From a virus (lineage: Duplodnaviria; Heunggongvirae; Uroviricota; Caudoviricetes): a DNA stretch of 27,624 nt. The notes beneath the pieces are model-generated. The model saw only the letters and a list, made by a program, of their open reading frames with translations, did not search any database and was not told the DNA's origin. The translations under genes and the position numbers were made by a program. Where the stretch lies: the IMG/VR virus record IMGVR_UViG_2565956708_000008, one strand, 5' to 3'. Positions 9,629-19,594 of the stretch are shown in pieces; the stretch's first letter is position 1; the number at the start of each line of letters is the position of its first letter.

Positions 9629-10707
9629 CAGAACGGGTCCTCCTGTACTCTGGCTTTTTTCTTTTTCCGCGCGCCGGGGGCTTCGGGTTCAGGCAGATAA
9701 GCATCAGGTGGGCCGACACGGATTTCCGTCAGGGTGCCGTTCTGGTCCTGAGTAAACGTGACTTCCGAGACAAGCAGTTCGGTATTGTCGAAACCACAGA
9801 CCGGATCGAAGACAATCACCCGCTGGTTGGGCTGCCACAGCGTACCGTTACCCTGTCGCCAGCCCTGCACCACATAGGTGGTTTCATCCGTCCGCGCCGC
9901 CCGTTGTCGGGCTTCAAAGTCAGCACGCGCAATACAGCCTGCCCCCGTAGCCTGCCCTGTCTGCCTGATATACATCGGACGGTAACGGGCAATAAATGCG
10001 TCCTCTGTGCGGGCCCGCAGCGCGCTGGTGGTGGCCTCACCGAAATCATCGTCGTTTCCAGCACGCTGCCCCGCCACCTGGTAAACAGAAAACCGCTCCC
10101 GGATACTCTTCTCCGTATCGCAGGAAAGGATGTTTTCCCCGAGTACCAGCGCAGTATGTGCCCGCGTTGAGCCAATACCGCCAATCACCAGCCTGCCGTG
10201 TGGGTCGTCGTAAGCCAGTGCCTGCTGCTGACCGAGTATTTTGTTGATTACCTCAATCACCGTTTCACCGTGATCGGGCTGGACGTCAGGAATAACACCC
10301 GACGGCGCACCGTTGTTCACCACCTCAATGCCGAAAGGCGCAGCAAGCGCCTGCGCAATCTGTACCAGCGATCGTCCGTTAAACTGTGTCGGTTCGGCTG
10401 CACAGTCAATCAGGTCAGCGGTCAGACTGCGTCCGGCAATACCGGTGCTGACCGAACGGGCATCGTAACGAACGGGCGTCGCCTCCACCCAGCCGGTGAT
10501 CACCAGCTCATCACCAATCAGCACCTCCACTTTTGAACCGTTTTTAATGCGCGGCTGAAGCGTGGTGATACCCTCATCACCCGGCCACTGGCGGGTGATC
10601 TCCACACTGAAATCCCGCGCCAGCCGTTCAATACCGGCACCGATGCGCACCGATGTCCAGCCATTCCACTCCCGGCCATTTACCCGTAGCGTGACGTTAT
10701 CGTTCAT
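9628..10707 (-). CDS. tail protein, Mu gpP-like / P2 gpD-like
   Basis: 359 aa, directly downstream of the Mu N-like gene and upstream of the baseplate genes. Confidence 0.6.
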   Translation of the reverse strand: MNDNVTLRVNGREWNGWTSVRIGAGIERLARDFSVEITRQWPGDEGITTLQPRIKNGSKVEVLIGDELVITGWVEATPVRYDARSVSTGIAGRSLTADLIDCAAEPTQFNGRSLVQIAQALAAPFGIEVVNNGAPSGVIPDVQPDHGETVIEVINKILGQQQALAYDDPHGRLVIGGIGSTRAHTALVLGENILSCDTEKSIRERFSVYQVAGQRAGNDDDFGEATTSALRARTEDAFIARYRPMYIRQTGQATGAGCIARADFEARQRAARTDETTYVVQGWRQGNGTLWQPNQRVIVFDPVCGFDNTELLVSEVTFTQDQNGTLTEIRVGPPDAYLPEPEAPGARKKKKARVQEDPF

Positions 10708-11039
10708 TGCACTGGCACCTTCAGAGGGATCACCGGCACAAAGCCGGGATGCGTAATGGCATTACGCCGGATAATGTCCGCGTCACGCGCCGCGTTATCA
10801 AACCAGGTCGCCGCCAGCACCAGCGCGGGTAAAACCTCATCCGGTGTGCGCTGAATGATCCGTGCAGACTGTTCAAGGCGCGTGTTGATATCCGCATTCA
10901 GATCTGCTTTCACCCGGCGCAGCGCCAGAAACAGCACATCACTGGTTGTACGGGACAACTCCTTATCAATTGCCGTATTCAGTGTGTCGCGAATGTCGGT
11001 CAGTTCTTCCCACGTTGGCAGGTCAACCGTGTTTTTCAC
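10704..11039 (-). CDS. hypothetical tail protein
   Basis: 111-aa ORF with a 4-nt overlap onto the downstream gene (translational coupling) inside the tail operon. Confidence 0.4.
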   Translation of the reverse strand: MKNTVDLPTWEELTDIRDTLNTAIDKELSRTTSDVLFLALRRVKADLNADINTRLEQSARIIQRTPDEVLPALVLAATWFDNAARDADIIRRNAITHPGFVPVIPLKVPVQ

Positions 11040-11108
11040 CGCCGGTGCATTGTTCAGTGCCGGATGCGTGACAGAAGGCCAGCCGGTGCTCTGCGCGGGT
11101 GTTGTTGA

Positions 11109-12074
11109 CTACCCCACTGTGGCATTCTGCATCACCGCGGAAGTTGTGGGCGCAGGCAATCGTGTGACGGCATACGCCGCTTCGCTGATTGCGGTCGTAC
11201 GAAGGGTGCTGGCAACCACGTTACGCTGCTGCGTCGCCGTGGCGGTGGTTTTACTGTCCGTTTTCCAGACGCCGCGCGGTTGCAGATCGCTGCCGAGGCT
11301 GACACCGGAAAGCGTTTTGATCATGGTGACCAGGTCGCTGGCGTTACCATAAAGGCGTTTCCCGGTACGCCACATTTTCTGCACCTGCTCAACGAAATTT
11401 TTGCCTGACGATGGCGGCGGCAGAAGTACCGAGATATCCCCCTGCAACAGCCTGGCGGCATCCGATACGGCAGAATCCACCACTTTCATCGCATCAGAAA
11501 CATACCCAAGCATTGTGCTGGCATTACCGACGACGTCGTTCTGCACAAAATCTGCCACGCCATCGATACTGAAACCACTGAAGCTGTCACTGATGCAGTC
11601 ATCCAGTGCAGAACAGGATGACATCAGCGTCTGCGCCGTCGCCGCACCTGAAGTGGGGTAAGAGAGTTCTCCCGCTTCGACAAACTTCAGGTCAAAGCGG
11701 ACAATACGCCCTTCACTCTTCGATGTGCTGACCCGAACTTCCCCGTCAACACAGACTTTCAGCTCACCGTAAGTCGGATGGACAAGCGTGCCGGGACCGG
11801 GTTTATTCAGCGCGTCAATCAGGCGATCGCGCTGGTCAAAGCAGTCATCTCCCACCACATAAGCTGTGATGGACGGGCGGAAAGTGATTTTCCCCAGGTC
11901 TTCGGTATAGGGTTTGTCGCGGTTCGGGTATTCGTGCGTTTCCACACGACGACCGGTTCCCGCACTTTCTTCTTCAACCTTAAACGGCACACCGCGAAAT
12001 GACGCGTCCTGAAGTCTGTCTTTCCACGTCATATAAACTCCGTACATAAAAAATCCCACCGGAGTGGGACTCAT
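11109..12074 (-). CDS. DNA circulation protein, Mu gpN-like
   Basis: Contains MTWKDRLQDASFRGVPF near the N-terminus, which matches the Mu N family start as I recall it; located just after the tape measure gene. The true start is probably the internal Met. Confidence 0.65.
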   Translation of the reverse strand: MSPTPVGFFMYGVYMTWKDRLQDASFRGVPFKVEEESAGTGRRVETHEYPNRDKPYTEDLGKITFRPSITAYVVGDDCFDQRDRLIDALNKPGPGTLVHPTYGELKVCVDGEVRVSTSKSEGRIVRFDLKFVEAGELSYPTSGAATAQTLMSSCSALDDCISDSFSGFSIDGVADFVQNDVVGNASTMLGYVSDAMKVVDSAVSDAARLLQGDISVLLPPPSSGKNFVEQVQKMWRTGKRLYGNASDLVTMIKTLSGVSLGSDLQPRGVWKTDSKTTATATQQRNVVASTLRTTAISEAAYAVTRLPAPTTSAVMQNATVG

Positions 12075-12092
12075 TAACAGATTAATTTTTCA

Positions 12093-13928
12093 TTACCTGC
12101 CAAAGCGCGTATAGCCAACATCATGGCTGACATCAAAACCGCTGGATCGCGTTTCCATAACCCGCATACCCGGAGGTGAATTCACAAAAGAGACCTTGAT
12201 CTCACCATCAACTTTTGGCGCAGAAGCTTTGTTAATCATGAAGGGATTCGGGCCTGTGGCACCGGAGGCGTTGTTTGACTGAGCCGGATCCACCGCCTGA
12301 TAAGGTGTGTATCCCCGTGCCGGTATTCCCGTCCCATAAGCATCATAAGCACCCGCGCCCCACTGCGCAGAGTTAATGGCATCGACCGTGTCACCGGAAC
12401 TGTCGGTAAACCACTCAATAATTGGCTTCAGCTTGTCCCACATATCCTGAAACCACTTAACAACCGGTCCCCAGTTATTGATTACCATCCCCAGCGGCGA
12501 CCAGGCAAAAACCTTCTTCAGAAGTTCCCGGCCAGCCTCAAAATAAGGACCAATGGTTTCCCAGAGCTTCTTGAAATAAGGTCCGACAACATCCCAGTTA
12601 GTGATAATTAATCCCGCAGCCAGGGCTATCGCCGTCGCAATCATGCCAATCGGCGTCATCGACATGATCCTGCTGACAATACTGATGGCACCGCCAACGC
12701 CCATCAATCCCAGTTTCAGAATCGCAAGACCGGCAGCAAGCCCGACGACGCCGCGAATAACCCGGGGATTTTCATCCGCAAACTTCGTGAATTTCTCCCC
12801 CAACTCCCCCAGCCATTGCGTGATATTTTTAGCGTCACCAGAAAATGCGCCGCCAATAGCCGCAAGGCCGTTAGTTGCGGTCCCTGTCATTGCCTCCCAC
12901 AGGTTGGACAGCGTACCAAGCTGTGCCTGAACACGTTTATTCAGACTGGCCTGTTTATTCATCTTCTGCTGGATCTGGTCGTAGCCATCCTTTCCTTTAT
13001 CGATTAGTGCATTGACCACCTGAAGGGTTTCGGCATCATCACCAAATATTGCCTTAAGTACACCAGTTCGCTTAACGTCGGTCAGTTTTCGCAGCTTTGC
13101 CAGTTGCCTGAACATGTTATCAAGACCGCCAAAACTCCCTTTGCCGTCAGTAAAATCGAGCTGTACCCCGAGTTTCTGGCGGGCCATGACTTTATTGACG
13201 TCCCTGATTTTCTTAACGCTTAATCCGGACTGGATAACTTTTCGCAGGGCGTTACCTGCCGACTCCCCGTTCATCCCCATCTGATCCATCATGACGCTGA
13301 TGGGGGCAAGGCTCTGTGCAGCCTGAAGACCGTCCTTGTTCACCATCTTCAGAACAGAGCTGGTTTTAGTGAAGAAGGACAACATGTTGGTATCGTCAAC
13401 GCCCAGATAAAACGCCTTCTGGATAGTGTCGAACAGCCCCATCATGTCTTCTGACGCCGTTCCGGTAGCATCCTGCATCTTTGCGGCAAACTCGGCAGCC
13501 GCTTCCGGTGTTTTTTTCAGTTGTACCGCAAGATAAGCTGTCGCTTTACCCACACCGCCAAGAATGTTTTCTGCCGGGATCCCCTGACGCACCAGCATCT
13601 GCATCATGTTCTGGAAATCAGCCGTTGTACCGGGTAGCTGGTTACCCAGACCAATAGCCAGTTTATTGATGTCCTGAAAGCGCTTTCCGACCTCACCGTT
13701 CGCATCCATCATGGCAACTTTCAGCCCGGTGGCGGCGTTTTCCTGATCGGCATAAGATTTCAGGGAAAGCGTCAGACCCGCAGCCAGTCCGCCACCAAGC
13801 GCCAGCCCACCCTGTGACGCTTCTTCCGCCTGGCGTTTAAATCCCCGGATTTTCTTTTGCATTTTCGACAGCGCGGGAGAAAGCCTGTCGACACCGGTGA
13901 TCAACGCCTTAAGCTCAAATTCAGCCAT
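12093..13928 (-). CDS. tail tape measure protein
   Basis: 611 aa, Ala/Gly-rich with hydrophobic segments; positioned after the chaperone frameshift pair as in other contractile-tail phages. Confidence 0.8.
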   Translation of the reverse strand: MAEFELKALITGVDRLSPALSKMQKKIRGFKRQAEEASQGGLALGGGLAAGLTLSLKSYADQENAATGLKVAMMDANGEVGKRFQDINKLAIGLGNQLPGTTADFQNMMQMLVRQGIPAENILGGVGKATAYLAVQLKKTPEAAAEFAAKMQDATGTASEDMMGLFDTIQKAFYLGVDDTNMLSFFTKTSSVLKMVNKDGLQAAQSLAPISVMMDQMGMNGESAGNALRKVIQSGLSVKKIRDVNKVMARQKLGVQLDFTDGKGSFGGLDNMFRQLAKLRKLTDVKRTGVLKAIFGDDAETLQVVNALIDKGKDGYDQIQQKMNKQASLNKRVQAQLGTLSNLWEAMTGTATNGLAAIGGAFSGDAKNITQWLGELGEKFTKFADENPRVIRGVVGLAAGLAILKLGLMGVGGAISIVSRIMSMTPIGMIATAIALAAGLIITNWDVVGPYFKKLWETIGPYFEAGRELLKKVFAWSPLGMVINNWGPVVKWFQDMWDKLKPIIEWFTDSSGDTVDAINSAQWGAGAYDAYGTGIPARGYTPYQAVDPAQSNNASGATGPNPFMINKASAPKVDGEIKVSFVNSPPGMRVMETRSSGFDVSHDVGYTRFGR

Positions 13929-14103
13929 GTGTGCGTTTCTCCTGCTCTATCCTGTTTGCCTGACTGACCAGCAAGGGAATTTCACTGATCGGCATATTCA
14001 GCAATTCGAAGGGATTAATGCGCCAGTAGCTGGCGCAGTCAAAGAAGCGATCAGTGAGGTATTCAGCCGTCAGGCCTGGAGGAAAAAACCAGCCACAAGC
14101 CAC
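13921..14103 (-). CDS. frameshift extension of the tail assembly chaperone (GT-like product made by -1 slippage)
   Basis: The -1 frame ORF overlaps the 3' end of the chaperone ORF; a slippery heptamer T TTT TTC lies on the minus strand (plus-strand 14082..14088) just before the chaperone stop. Confidence 0.55.
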   Translation of the reverse strand: MACGWFFPPGLTAEYLTDRFFDCASYWRINPFELLNMPISEIPLLVSQANRIEQEKRTHG

Positions 14104-14339
14104 GCCGCAGCATTCAGGTCTGCCGGAGACATCTGGTCGACAGAGTTTTGCGGCACTTTCGCCAGCCGCACAATGTATTTCGATACCACATGCGCCAGAA
14201 GTCTGACGGACTCATCCTGATTCATCTGGTAGGGATACCCCAGCTCGCGGACATCTTTCCCGGTGGGCTCATCAAACTCCAGTACGGAGAGTGTCTCGCC
14301 ATGAGCGGTAATCGGTTTCTTTAACTCAAGCTCTTTCAT
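14070..14339 (-). CDS. tail assembly chaperone (G-like)
   Basis: 89 aa, between the tube and tape measure genes; ends ...WLVAGFFLQA with the slippery site inside the last codons. Confidence 0.6.
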   Translation of the reverse strand: MKELELKKPITAHGETLSVLEFDEPTGKDVRELGYPYQMNQDESVRLLAHVVSKYIVRLAKVPQNSVDQMSPADLNAAAWLVAGFFLQA

Positions 14340-14695
14340 TACTGGTAATCCCCTTCTTCACCGTGGAACTCAAGATCAACCGTCCCTTCTTCGGCATTAT
14401 GGTTCGCTTCGCCGTGCAGCCAGGCAGACGACAGTACATAGACCTGACCGTTCGCCAGCTCGGCAGTGATGGTCATCTCATCAGACGAGGTGATTTTGCT
14501 CACCGGAAAATTCTTCGGCACCTTGAAGGTCCCTTTAACATAAGGCGCACGGTGAGTTTCCTTGCGGTCCACTGAACCGTCCAGGCCGATGATGTCATCA
14601 TTGACCGTCCTGTTCATGGGCACCTCAATGCCGCCGGTCAGCGATAGCTGCTGACCGTCAATTTTGAAATAACAGGTTCCCCCGATACGGGCCAT
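14339..14695 (-). CDS. tail tube protein
   Basis: 118 aa, immediately downstream of the sheath gene with overlapping stop and start. Confidence 0.7.
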   Translation of the reverse strand: MARIGGTCYFKIDGQQLSLTGGIEVPMNRTVNDDIIGLDGSVDRKETHRAPYVKGTFKVPKNFPVSKITSSDEMTITAELANGQVYVLSSAWLHGEANHNAEEGTVDLEFHGEEGDYQ

Positions 14696-16191
14696 TATGC
14701 GGACTCCTCTGAATACTGAAGACGGAACTGGTTAACCACGGCAAAGACACGCAACTGGTTAACATAGTCAGGCGGGAACAGCGTGTTCAGGCGGTTCGGA
14801 TCGCTGGCATCACGCTCCACAACCAGGTACTGCTTAAAAAGTTCGTAGTTTTCCACGATCCCCGCACGCTCAAGCTGACGGTAGGTTGCCAGCAGTTCCC
14901 CTTTGATCACCGCCGGGGTGACAATCGCCTGACCGGGACCAAAGCGGGTACCGTCGCTGGCAAGCTTGTGACGCCCGTACTTACTGGTAATGACGGATTT
15001 CAGTTTGCGCAGTACATACGCACTGGTATGCAGCGTCTCGCTGTCGAGGTAGCTGTTATCCGCAACCCCGTAAGCGTTTTTCCTGTACGTGGTGACATCA
15101 CGCTGAATGCGCAGTACCCCGCTTTCGACATACGCCGTTGCCACGCCATGAGACAGCAGGGTCTTTTGTTCGGTCATCGTGAACCGTTTCCCCTTCGGCG
15201 CAGGCAGCATACCCACCAGCTCACCGGTCTGCGTGGGACGTGCCGGATCGTTGCGGATAAACACCGCTGCGCGGGCGGTACGGCTTGCCGCCAGCTCGTC
15301 GGCAGGCGTCTGGGTGTCTTTTTCGTACCCCGCCAGGGTAATGTGCTGCTGGTTAAACTGGTCACCTGCGGTCACCAGTTCTGACAGCGTGCCGGTCTTT
15401 GCCGTATACACATGACCATACAGCTGACGCGCATAGCTCCAGCGACCGCTGGTATCGTTCATCTCGGTCACCAGCGTGTTAACGGAGGCCGTGTCGTTGA
15501 ACGGCAGGCCGATATAATCAAACGGCTCATCCGCCATTGCAGCCACAGCGCCGGTGAGAACCGGAGCACCCGTTCCGGCGGTACCCGTCACCACGGCAAT
15601 CTGTACGCCCGCTGGCAGCACTTCGCCCCCACCAAAGCCGTAGTAATTGAGGCTGACAGGAATTTCATTCCCGCAAAGCCCCTTATGACGCGCGGTCAGT
15701 GTGACCACGCCTGCCGAAGATGAAGCCGTAAACGGCAGGGTCGGAACGGCATTGATGGCATCCTGGATACTGCTGGCAATCATCGTAACGTTATCGCCGT
15801 TAGTCACCGGTACCTGCACGCGGGTACGTCCCACATACACATTCACCGTGCCGGTTTCGGTTGCCGCCCCGGTCACCGTCAGCGTAACCGTTGCCGCCGC
15901 GCCTGTGGATTCAGGAACGGCAATCACATACAGCTCGCCAAACGGGTCAGTCTGGCGATAAGCCTCGACCATACGCGCCAGCTGACTTCCCGCACCACAA
16001 ATCTGGCGTGCATAGTCTGCCGACGGCATCAGTACCAGACTGTTGGCAACAATCTCTGCACCGTTATTGGCATGACCAATCAGCAGCGATGCTCCGCTGT
16101 CCTGTGCAGTATTCGCAGCCTGGTTATCCATTTCCGCATAAAACAGCGGAACCAGCGTATTCGACGGAATGGTGTTAAAGCTTATCGTCAT
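14695..16191 (-). CDS. contractile tail sheath protein
   Basis: 498 aa; size and position (before the tube gene) fit a Mu gpL / P2 FI-type sheath. Confidence 0.8.
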   Translation of the reverse strand: MTISFNTIPSNTLVPLFYAEMDNQAANTAQDSGASLLIGHANNGAEIVANSLVLMPSADYARQICGAGSQLARMVEAYRQTDPFGELYVIAVPESTGAAATVTLTVTGAATETGTVNVYVGRTRVQVPVTNGDNVTMIASSIQDAINAVPTLPFTASSSAGVVTLTARHKGLCGNEIPVSLNYYGFGGGEVLPAGVQIAVVTGTAGTGAPVLTGAVAAMADEPFDYIGLPFNDTASVNTLVTEMNDTSGRWSYARQLYGHVYTAKTGTLSELVTAGDQFNQQHITLAGYEKDTQTPADELAASRTARAAVFIRNDPARPTQTGELVGMLPAPKGKRFTMTEQKTLLSHGVATAYVESGVLRIQRDVTTYRKNAYGVADNSYLDSETLHTSAYVLRKLKSVITSKYGRHKLASDGTRFGPGQAIVTPAVIKGELLATYRQLERAGIVENYELFKQYLVVERDASDPNRLNTLFPPDYVNQLRVFAVVNQFRLQYSEESA

Positions 16192-16345
16192 CGGTGTTCA
16201 CCTTTTTATTCACGCGCCGGATATCACCCGCTGCTTCACGGCGCAGCCAGTAGTTGTTCTCATCAACATTTCGCCCTTCGGCGGGCAAAAGGTCGCCGCG
16301 GGCAGGGTCAGGCACTGACCGCCCTTTAACAGGTTTCACAAACAT
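16175..16345 (-). CDS. small hypothetical protein, 56 aa, not in the ORF track
   Basis: My own translation (MFVKPVKGRSVPDPARGDLLPAEGRNVDENNYWLRREAAGDIRRVNKKVNTDDDKL) fills the gap before the sheath gene; its stop overlaps the sheath start. Confidence 0.3.
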   Translation of the reverse strand: MFVKPVKGRSVPDPARGDLLPAEGRNVDENNYWLRREAAGDIRRVNKKVNTDDDKL

Positions 16346-16353
16346 GATGATCC

Positions 16354-16914
16354 TCAGGAAGGAAGGGGTATTTCGGTGTGATGTTCGATATCGCCGTCAG
16401 ACCCGTTACCGGGATCGAGATAATCAACATCAATCGCCAGCGTTCGCAGTTCATCCAGACTGTTCAGGTCATCCTGCTGGCGGGTATCGTCTTCGGTCAG
16501 CTCTCTGATGACCGAAAAATCGAACTGATAAATCAGCTCATGACGATTCAGATCCAGCAGCGTGCCGCCGTCATAGGTAATCGGGTTACCGCACGCTTCC
16601 GGGTTCCAGCCCAGCAGGGCCTTAAAGAGCATCTGCCGGACATCGTCCACCACATCATACGAGGCAAACTGACCGCGCTCATCACGTCCGTTACTCAGTA
16701 TGACAACCACGGAGAAGCCCTCTTTCAGCTCCTGCCAGTAGTCGGTCTGGCTTTTGTTTTCTCCCGGAGAGTCATCACCCGGTACCACATATGCCGCCGG
16801 GAGTCTCAGCTTTCCGACCTCCGGCAGATTTTTGAACTGTGCCGCGCCTGCCACCCGGTTTTCAAAATACGGGCAGCGGGCACGCAGCGCAGCAATAACA
16901 GGCGTCAGTTTCAT
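16354..16914 (-). CDS. tail-associated protein (possible sheath terminator / tail completion protein)
   Basis: 186-aa ORF between the head-completion genes and the sheath gene, stop overlapping the upstream gene. Confidence 0.45.
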   Translation of the reverse strand: MKLTPVIAALRARCPYFENRVAGAAQFKNLPEVGKLRLPAAYVVPGDDSPGENKSQTDYWQELKEGFSVVVILSNGRDERGQFASYDVVDDVRQMLFKALLGWNPEACGNPITYDGGTLLDLNRHELIYQFDFSVIRELTEDDTRQQDDLNSLDELRTLAIDVDYLDPGNGSDGDIEHHTEIPLPS

Positions 16915-17417
16915 CTGCGTCGTCGCTCCGGCTTCAGTGATTTACGTAATTCCCGCGCCAGAAAATAGCGTGTCCAGCTGCGGTTCTTTTCAAGCGTTTC
17001 CACCATAAAGTTATTACGTGGAGCCAGTCGCCAGCCGCTGCCACCGGATGCACCACGATGATGGCTGCGACGACGCTTTGCCCCTCGCCTCACGCCATAG
17101 AACAAAAAAGCCGGATAAAAATCACCGGTGATACGGCGGTTTCCCTCTCCATTACGCTGGTTAGGGGCTATACGTGCCATAAAACCAGGGCGATGTTTAC
17201 TGGCTCTGGGTACCATGTAACCAATCGAACGAGCCAGGCGTCCGGTCTGATAACCGGGGTTTTCACCCGGTGCCGACCGCGCACGGCGCATCACCAGCCG
17301 ACGGGCATCACGCATATGACGCTGACCAATCGTGACAAACGCCCGCCGGACACGGGCGCGGTTAAAGCGCATCTCCGCGGGCTGCTGAAAATCAACGTGC
17401 AAAAAGGAAGTCGTCAT
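16911..17417 (-). CDS. HK97 gp10-like head-tail joining protein
   Basis: 168 aa, strongly basic; position after the head closure protein. Confidence 0.45.
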   Translation of the reverse strand: MTTSFLHVDFQQPAEMRFNRARVRRAFVTIGQRHMRDARRLVMRRARSAPGENPGYQTGRLARSIGYMVPRASKHRPGFMARIAPNQRNGEGNRRITGDFYPAFLFYGVRRGAKRRRSHHRGASGGSGWRLAPRNNFMVETLEKNRSWTRYFLARELRKSLKPERRRR

Positions 17418-17802
17418 TGTTGCCTCCGTGACTCTGCCTACATTCGCCCAGCTCCGTACACTCCAGCAGCAGAAAGCGCCGCGCCCCGTTCAGATCGCGC
17501 TGACGTTTCACCCGGTACACACTGTCACCGCAGACCACCTCATAATCAGCGGTAATCCCCCGGCGGTAACGAATGGTGATGTAATGGGTGATGGCGTCCC
17601 CGGTCTGCGCGGTTTCCTGCCAGGTGGTGGCACTGGTCTGGATAACCTTCGCCCATGTCCGGAACGTAATCAGGTATTGAGGCTCCACGCCAAAGTTATC
17701 CGCGGGCATATCCACCCGCAGGCGGATCAGGACGCGTTTATTCAGTTCACCGGGGTCCGGCAGAATGTAGGTTGCGCTGGTCTGCGCCTGACGAATTTTC
17801 AT
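17392..17802 (-). CDS. head closure / head-tail adaptor protein
   Basis: 136-aa ORF between the gp6-like connector and gp10-like genes. Confidence 0.5.
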   Translation of the reverse strand: MKIRQAQTSATYILPDPGELNKRVLIRLRVDMPADNFGVEPQYLITFRTWAKVIQTSATTWQETAQTGDAITHYITIRYRRGITADYEVVCGDSVYRVKRQRDLNGARRFLLLECTELGECRQSHGGNNDDFLFAR

Positions 17803-18122
17803 TGCGGAAAGTACCTGTACGGGCCGACAAGCCAGCCAAAACTCTGCGGCATGTCGAGTTTCTCCACTTCCGTAACCGACGAGCGGTTTTCGTAAAAATG
17901 GCTGATAAGCATCAGCATCCCCAGACGAATATCATCCGGCAGGTGCAGCCCGTCCGGATCGCTGTCCGGAATGGTTTCATCCGGTGCATAGAGCTTCCGG
18001 TTCAGATACGTTTCCGTCCGCTTTTGTGCCGCACAGGCCAGCAGTTGCAGATGGCGGTCATCAGCATCGAAATCCTCATCCAGCCGGAGTTGGGCTTTAA
18101 TCTCTTCCATTGTCAGAAGCAT
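17799..18122 (-). CDS. gp6-like head-tail connector protein
   Basis: 107 aa; N-terminal MEEIKAQLRLDEDFDADD...LL pattern typical of gp6-like connectors; follows the capsid gene. Confidence 0.6.
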   Translation of the reverse strand: MLLTMEEIKAQLRLDEDFDADDRHLQLLACAAQKRTETYLNRKLYAPDETIPDSDPDGLHLPDDIRLGMLMLISHFYENRSSVTEVEKLDMPQSFGWLVGPYRYFPQ

Positions 18123-18124
18123 AC

Positions 18125-18325
18125 TCAGCCCTCTTTACTGGTCGTGGCTTTTTTCTCTTTTGCCGCTTTACTGCTTTTTGCACTGATTCCGCGCTCTGCT
18201 AACCCGGCCTGAAGTGCAATCTCCTGCACCCGGGCAGGAAGCGCCCCATCGTCATACTCACCGGCCCGAATGACCTCAACACGCATACCGTCCGGTGACC
18301 ATTTCAGATCTTGTTTCAGGATCAT
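18125..18325 (-). CDS. small hypothetical head-region protein
   Basis: 66-aa ORF between the capsid and connector genes with a Lys/Ala-rich tail. Confidence 0.35.
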   Translation of the reverse strand: MILKQDLKWSPDGMRVEVIRAGEYDDGALPARVQEIALQAGLAERGISAKSSKAAKEKKATTSKEG

Positions 18326-18374
18326 GATTCTTCACCCGTCAGAACAGGGGGCGCGGTTCCGCGCCCCTGAGTGA

Positions 18375-19580
18375 TTACGCCGCTGCAATCTTCAGCAGTT
18401 TGATGGCCTGCGAATCGACCAGCATCCCGCCGGTGCGCTTGGTGGTATAAAAACCGACAAACGGTTTATTGGTGTACGGGTCACGCAGAATGCGGGTGCC
18501 GATACGGTCAACGATGGTGTAACCCCGTTTGAAGTTACCAAATGCAATGGCTTTCGCATCAGCGGCGATATCCGGCATCTGTTCGTTTTCAGCGATACCG
18601 TAACCCGCCAGAGAGGACGGCTGCCCCAGTTCCAGCCCCGGACGCCACAGATAGTTACCCTCGCTGTCTTTAAGCAGACGGATGGCAAACAGGCTGTTGT
18701 TGTTCATCATGAACTTCGCGCCAGTGCGGTGTGCCTTACGCAGCGTGTAAATCAGTTTGATAATGGCGTCTGCGGTCACCGCCGTCGCTTCGCCGGATAC
18801 AATATGCTGAAGTTTGCCGAACGCCCGGACCTTATCGGTTTCATCAGTGGATTCATACGCCAGGAACCCTTTCGGCTTCTTGGTACCATCGCCGGTGGTA
18901 AAGGCAATTTCTTCCTGTTCGGCAAATTCGGTTGCCAGCTCGCTGTTGATCCATGCTTCCACGTTGAAAAAGGCATCATCCAGCATTTTCTGGGTGGCCT
19001 GCGGGTTACCGTAGATTTCCCCCATGAAAGGTTCAATCAGGCCCAGTTTTGAGGTGGCAGTCTGGGAGCGCGCGTCAGTCTCGCCAACCCATCCGGAAGC
19101 CGTGCCGCCCAGATTCACCAGTTTTTTGTAGTCGGAACCACCAACGGTGATCACCGTGGCTTCCTGGCGCATCACCACTTCATCTTTCAGCAGGGTGAGA
19201 ATGTTGCGATCCAGTGCTTCCGGCACGGCATAGCCGCCGTCTTCATCGGTGCCCACCTGCAATGCCTTGCGCTCCAGATCGCGCAGACCATCTTCACGGC
19301 CTTTACGCAGGAAGCCCACAAACGCTTCTTTATGCTCGGTGGCCAGTTTATTTTGCGCACCACCTGCCGGACGTTTCAGCTCAAGCAGCTCTTTTTCAAG
19401 ATCGCTTTTGAGGTTTTCCAGCTCGCTGAGTTTCCCGTTCAGGGTTTCCACCTGCCCGGCAAGTTTGCCTTTTTCCTGCTCAATCGCATCCACGCGCTTG
19501 TCGTTCTTTGCTTTGAAGTCGTCAAACTTCTGCTGCAGCTCCTGCGCGACCTGTTCGACATCTTTAATATCAACCGCCAT
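18375..19580 (-). CDS. major capsid protein, HK97 family
   Basis: 401 aa with an N-terminal coiled-coil delta (scaffolding) domain (EQEKGKLAGQVETLNGKLSELENLKSDLEKELLELK), followed by the capsid body; sits after the protease gene. Confidence 0.85.
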   Translation of the reverse strand: MAVDIKDVEQVAQELQQKFDDFKAKNDKRVDAIEQEKGKLAGQVETLNGKLSELENLKSDLEKELLELKRPAGGAQNKLATEHKEAFVGFLRKGREDGLRDLERKALQVGTDEDGGYAVPEALDRNILTLLKDEVVMRQEATVITVGGSDYKKLVNLGGTASGWVGETDARSQTATSKLGLIEPFMGEIYGNPQATQKMLDDAFFNVEAWINSELATEFAEQEEIAFTTGDGTKKPKGFLAYESTDETDKVRAFGKLQHIVSGEATAVTADAIIKLIYTLRKAHRTGAKFMMNNNSLFAIRLLKDSEGNYLWRPGLELGQPSSLAGYGIAENEQMPDIAADAKAIAFGNFKRGYTIVDRIGTRILRDPYTNKPFVGFYTTKRTGGMLVDSQAIKLLKIAAA

Positions 19581-19594
19581 CGTATTTCTCCTGA

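Noticed and set aside
16378-16968. 196-aa plus-strand ORF
   Set aside because: Entirely antisense to the minus-strand tail operon gene 16354..16914, which fits the coupled operon. Other antisense ORFs inside GC-rich tail and head genes (for example 6843..7241, 9407..9700, 15412..15723, 20874..21383) were rejected for the same reason.
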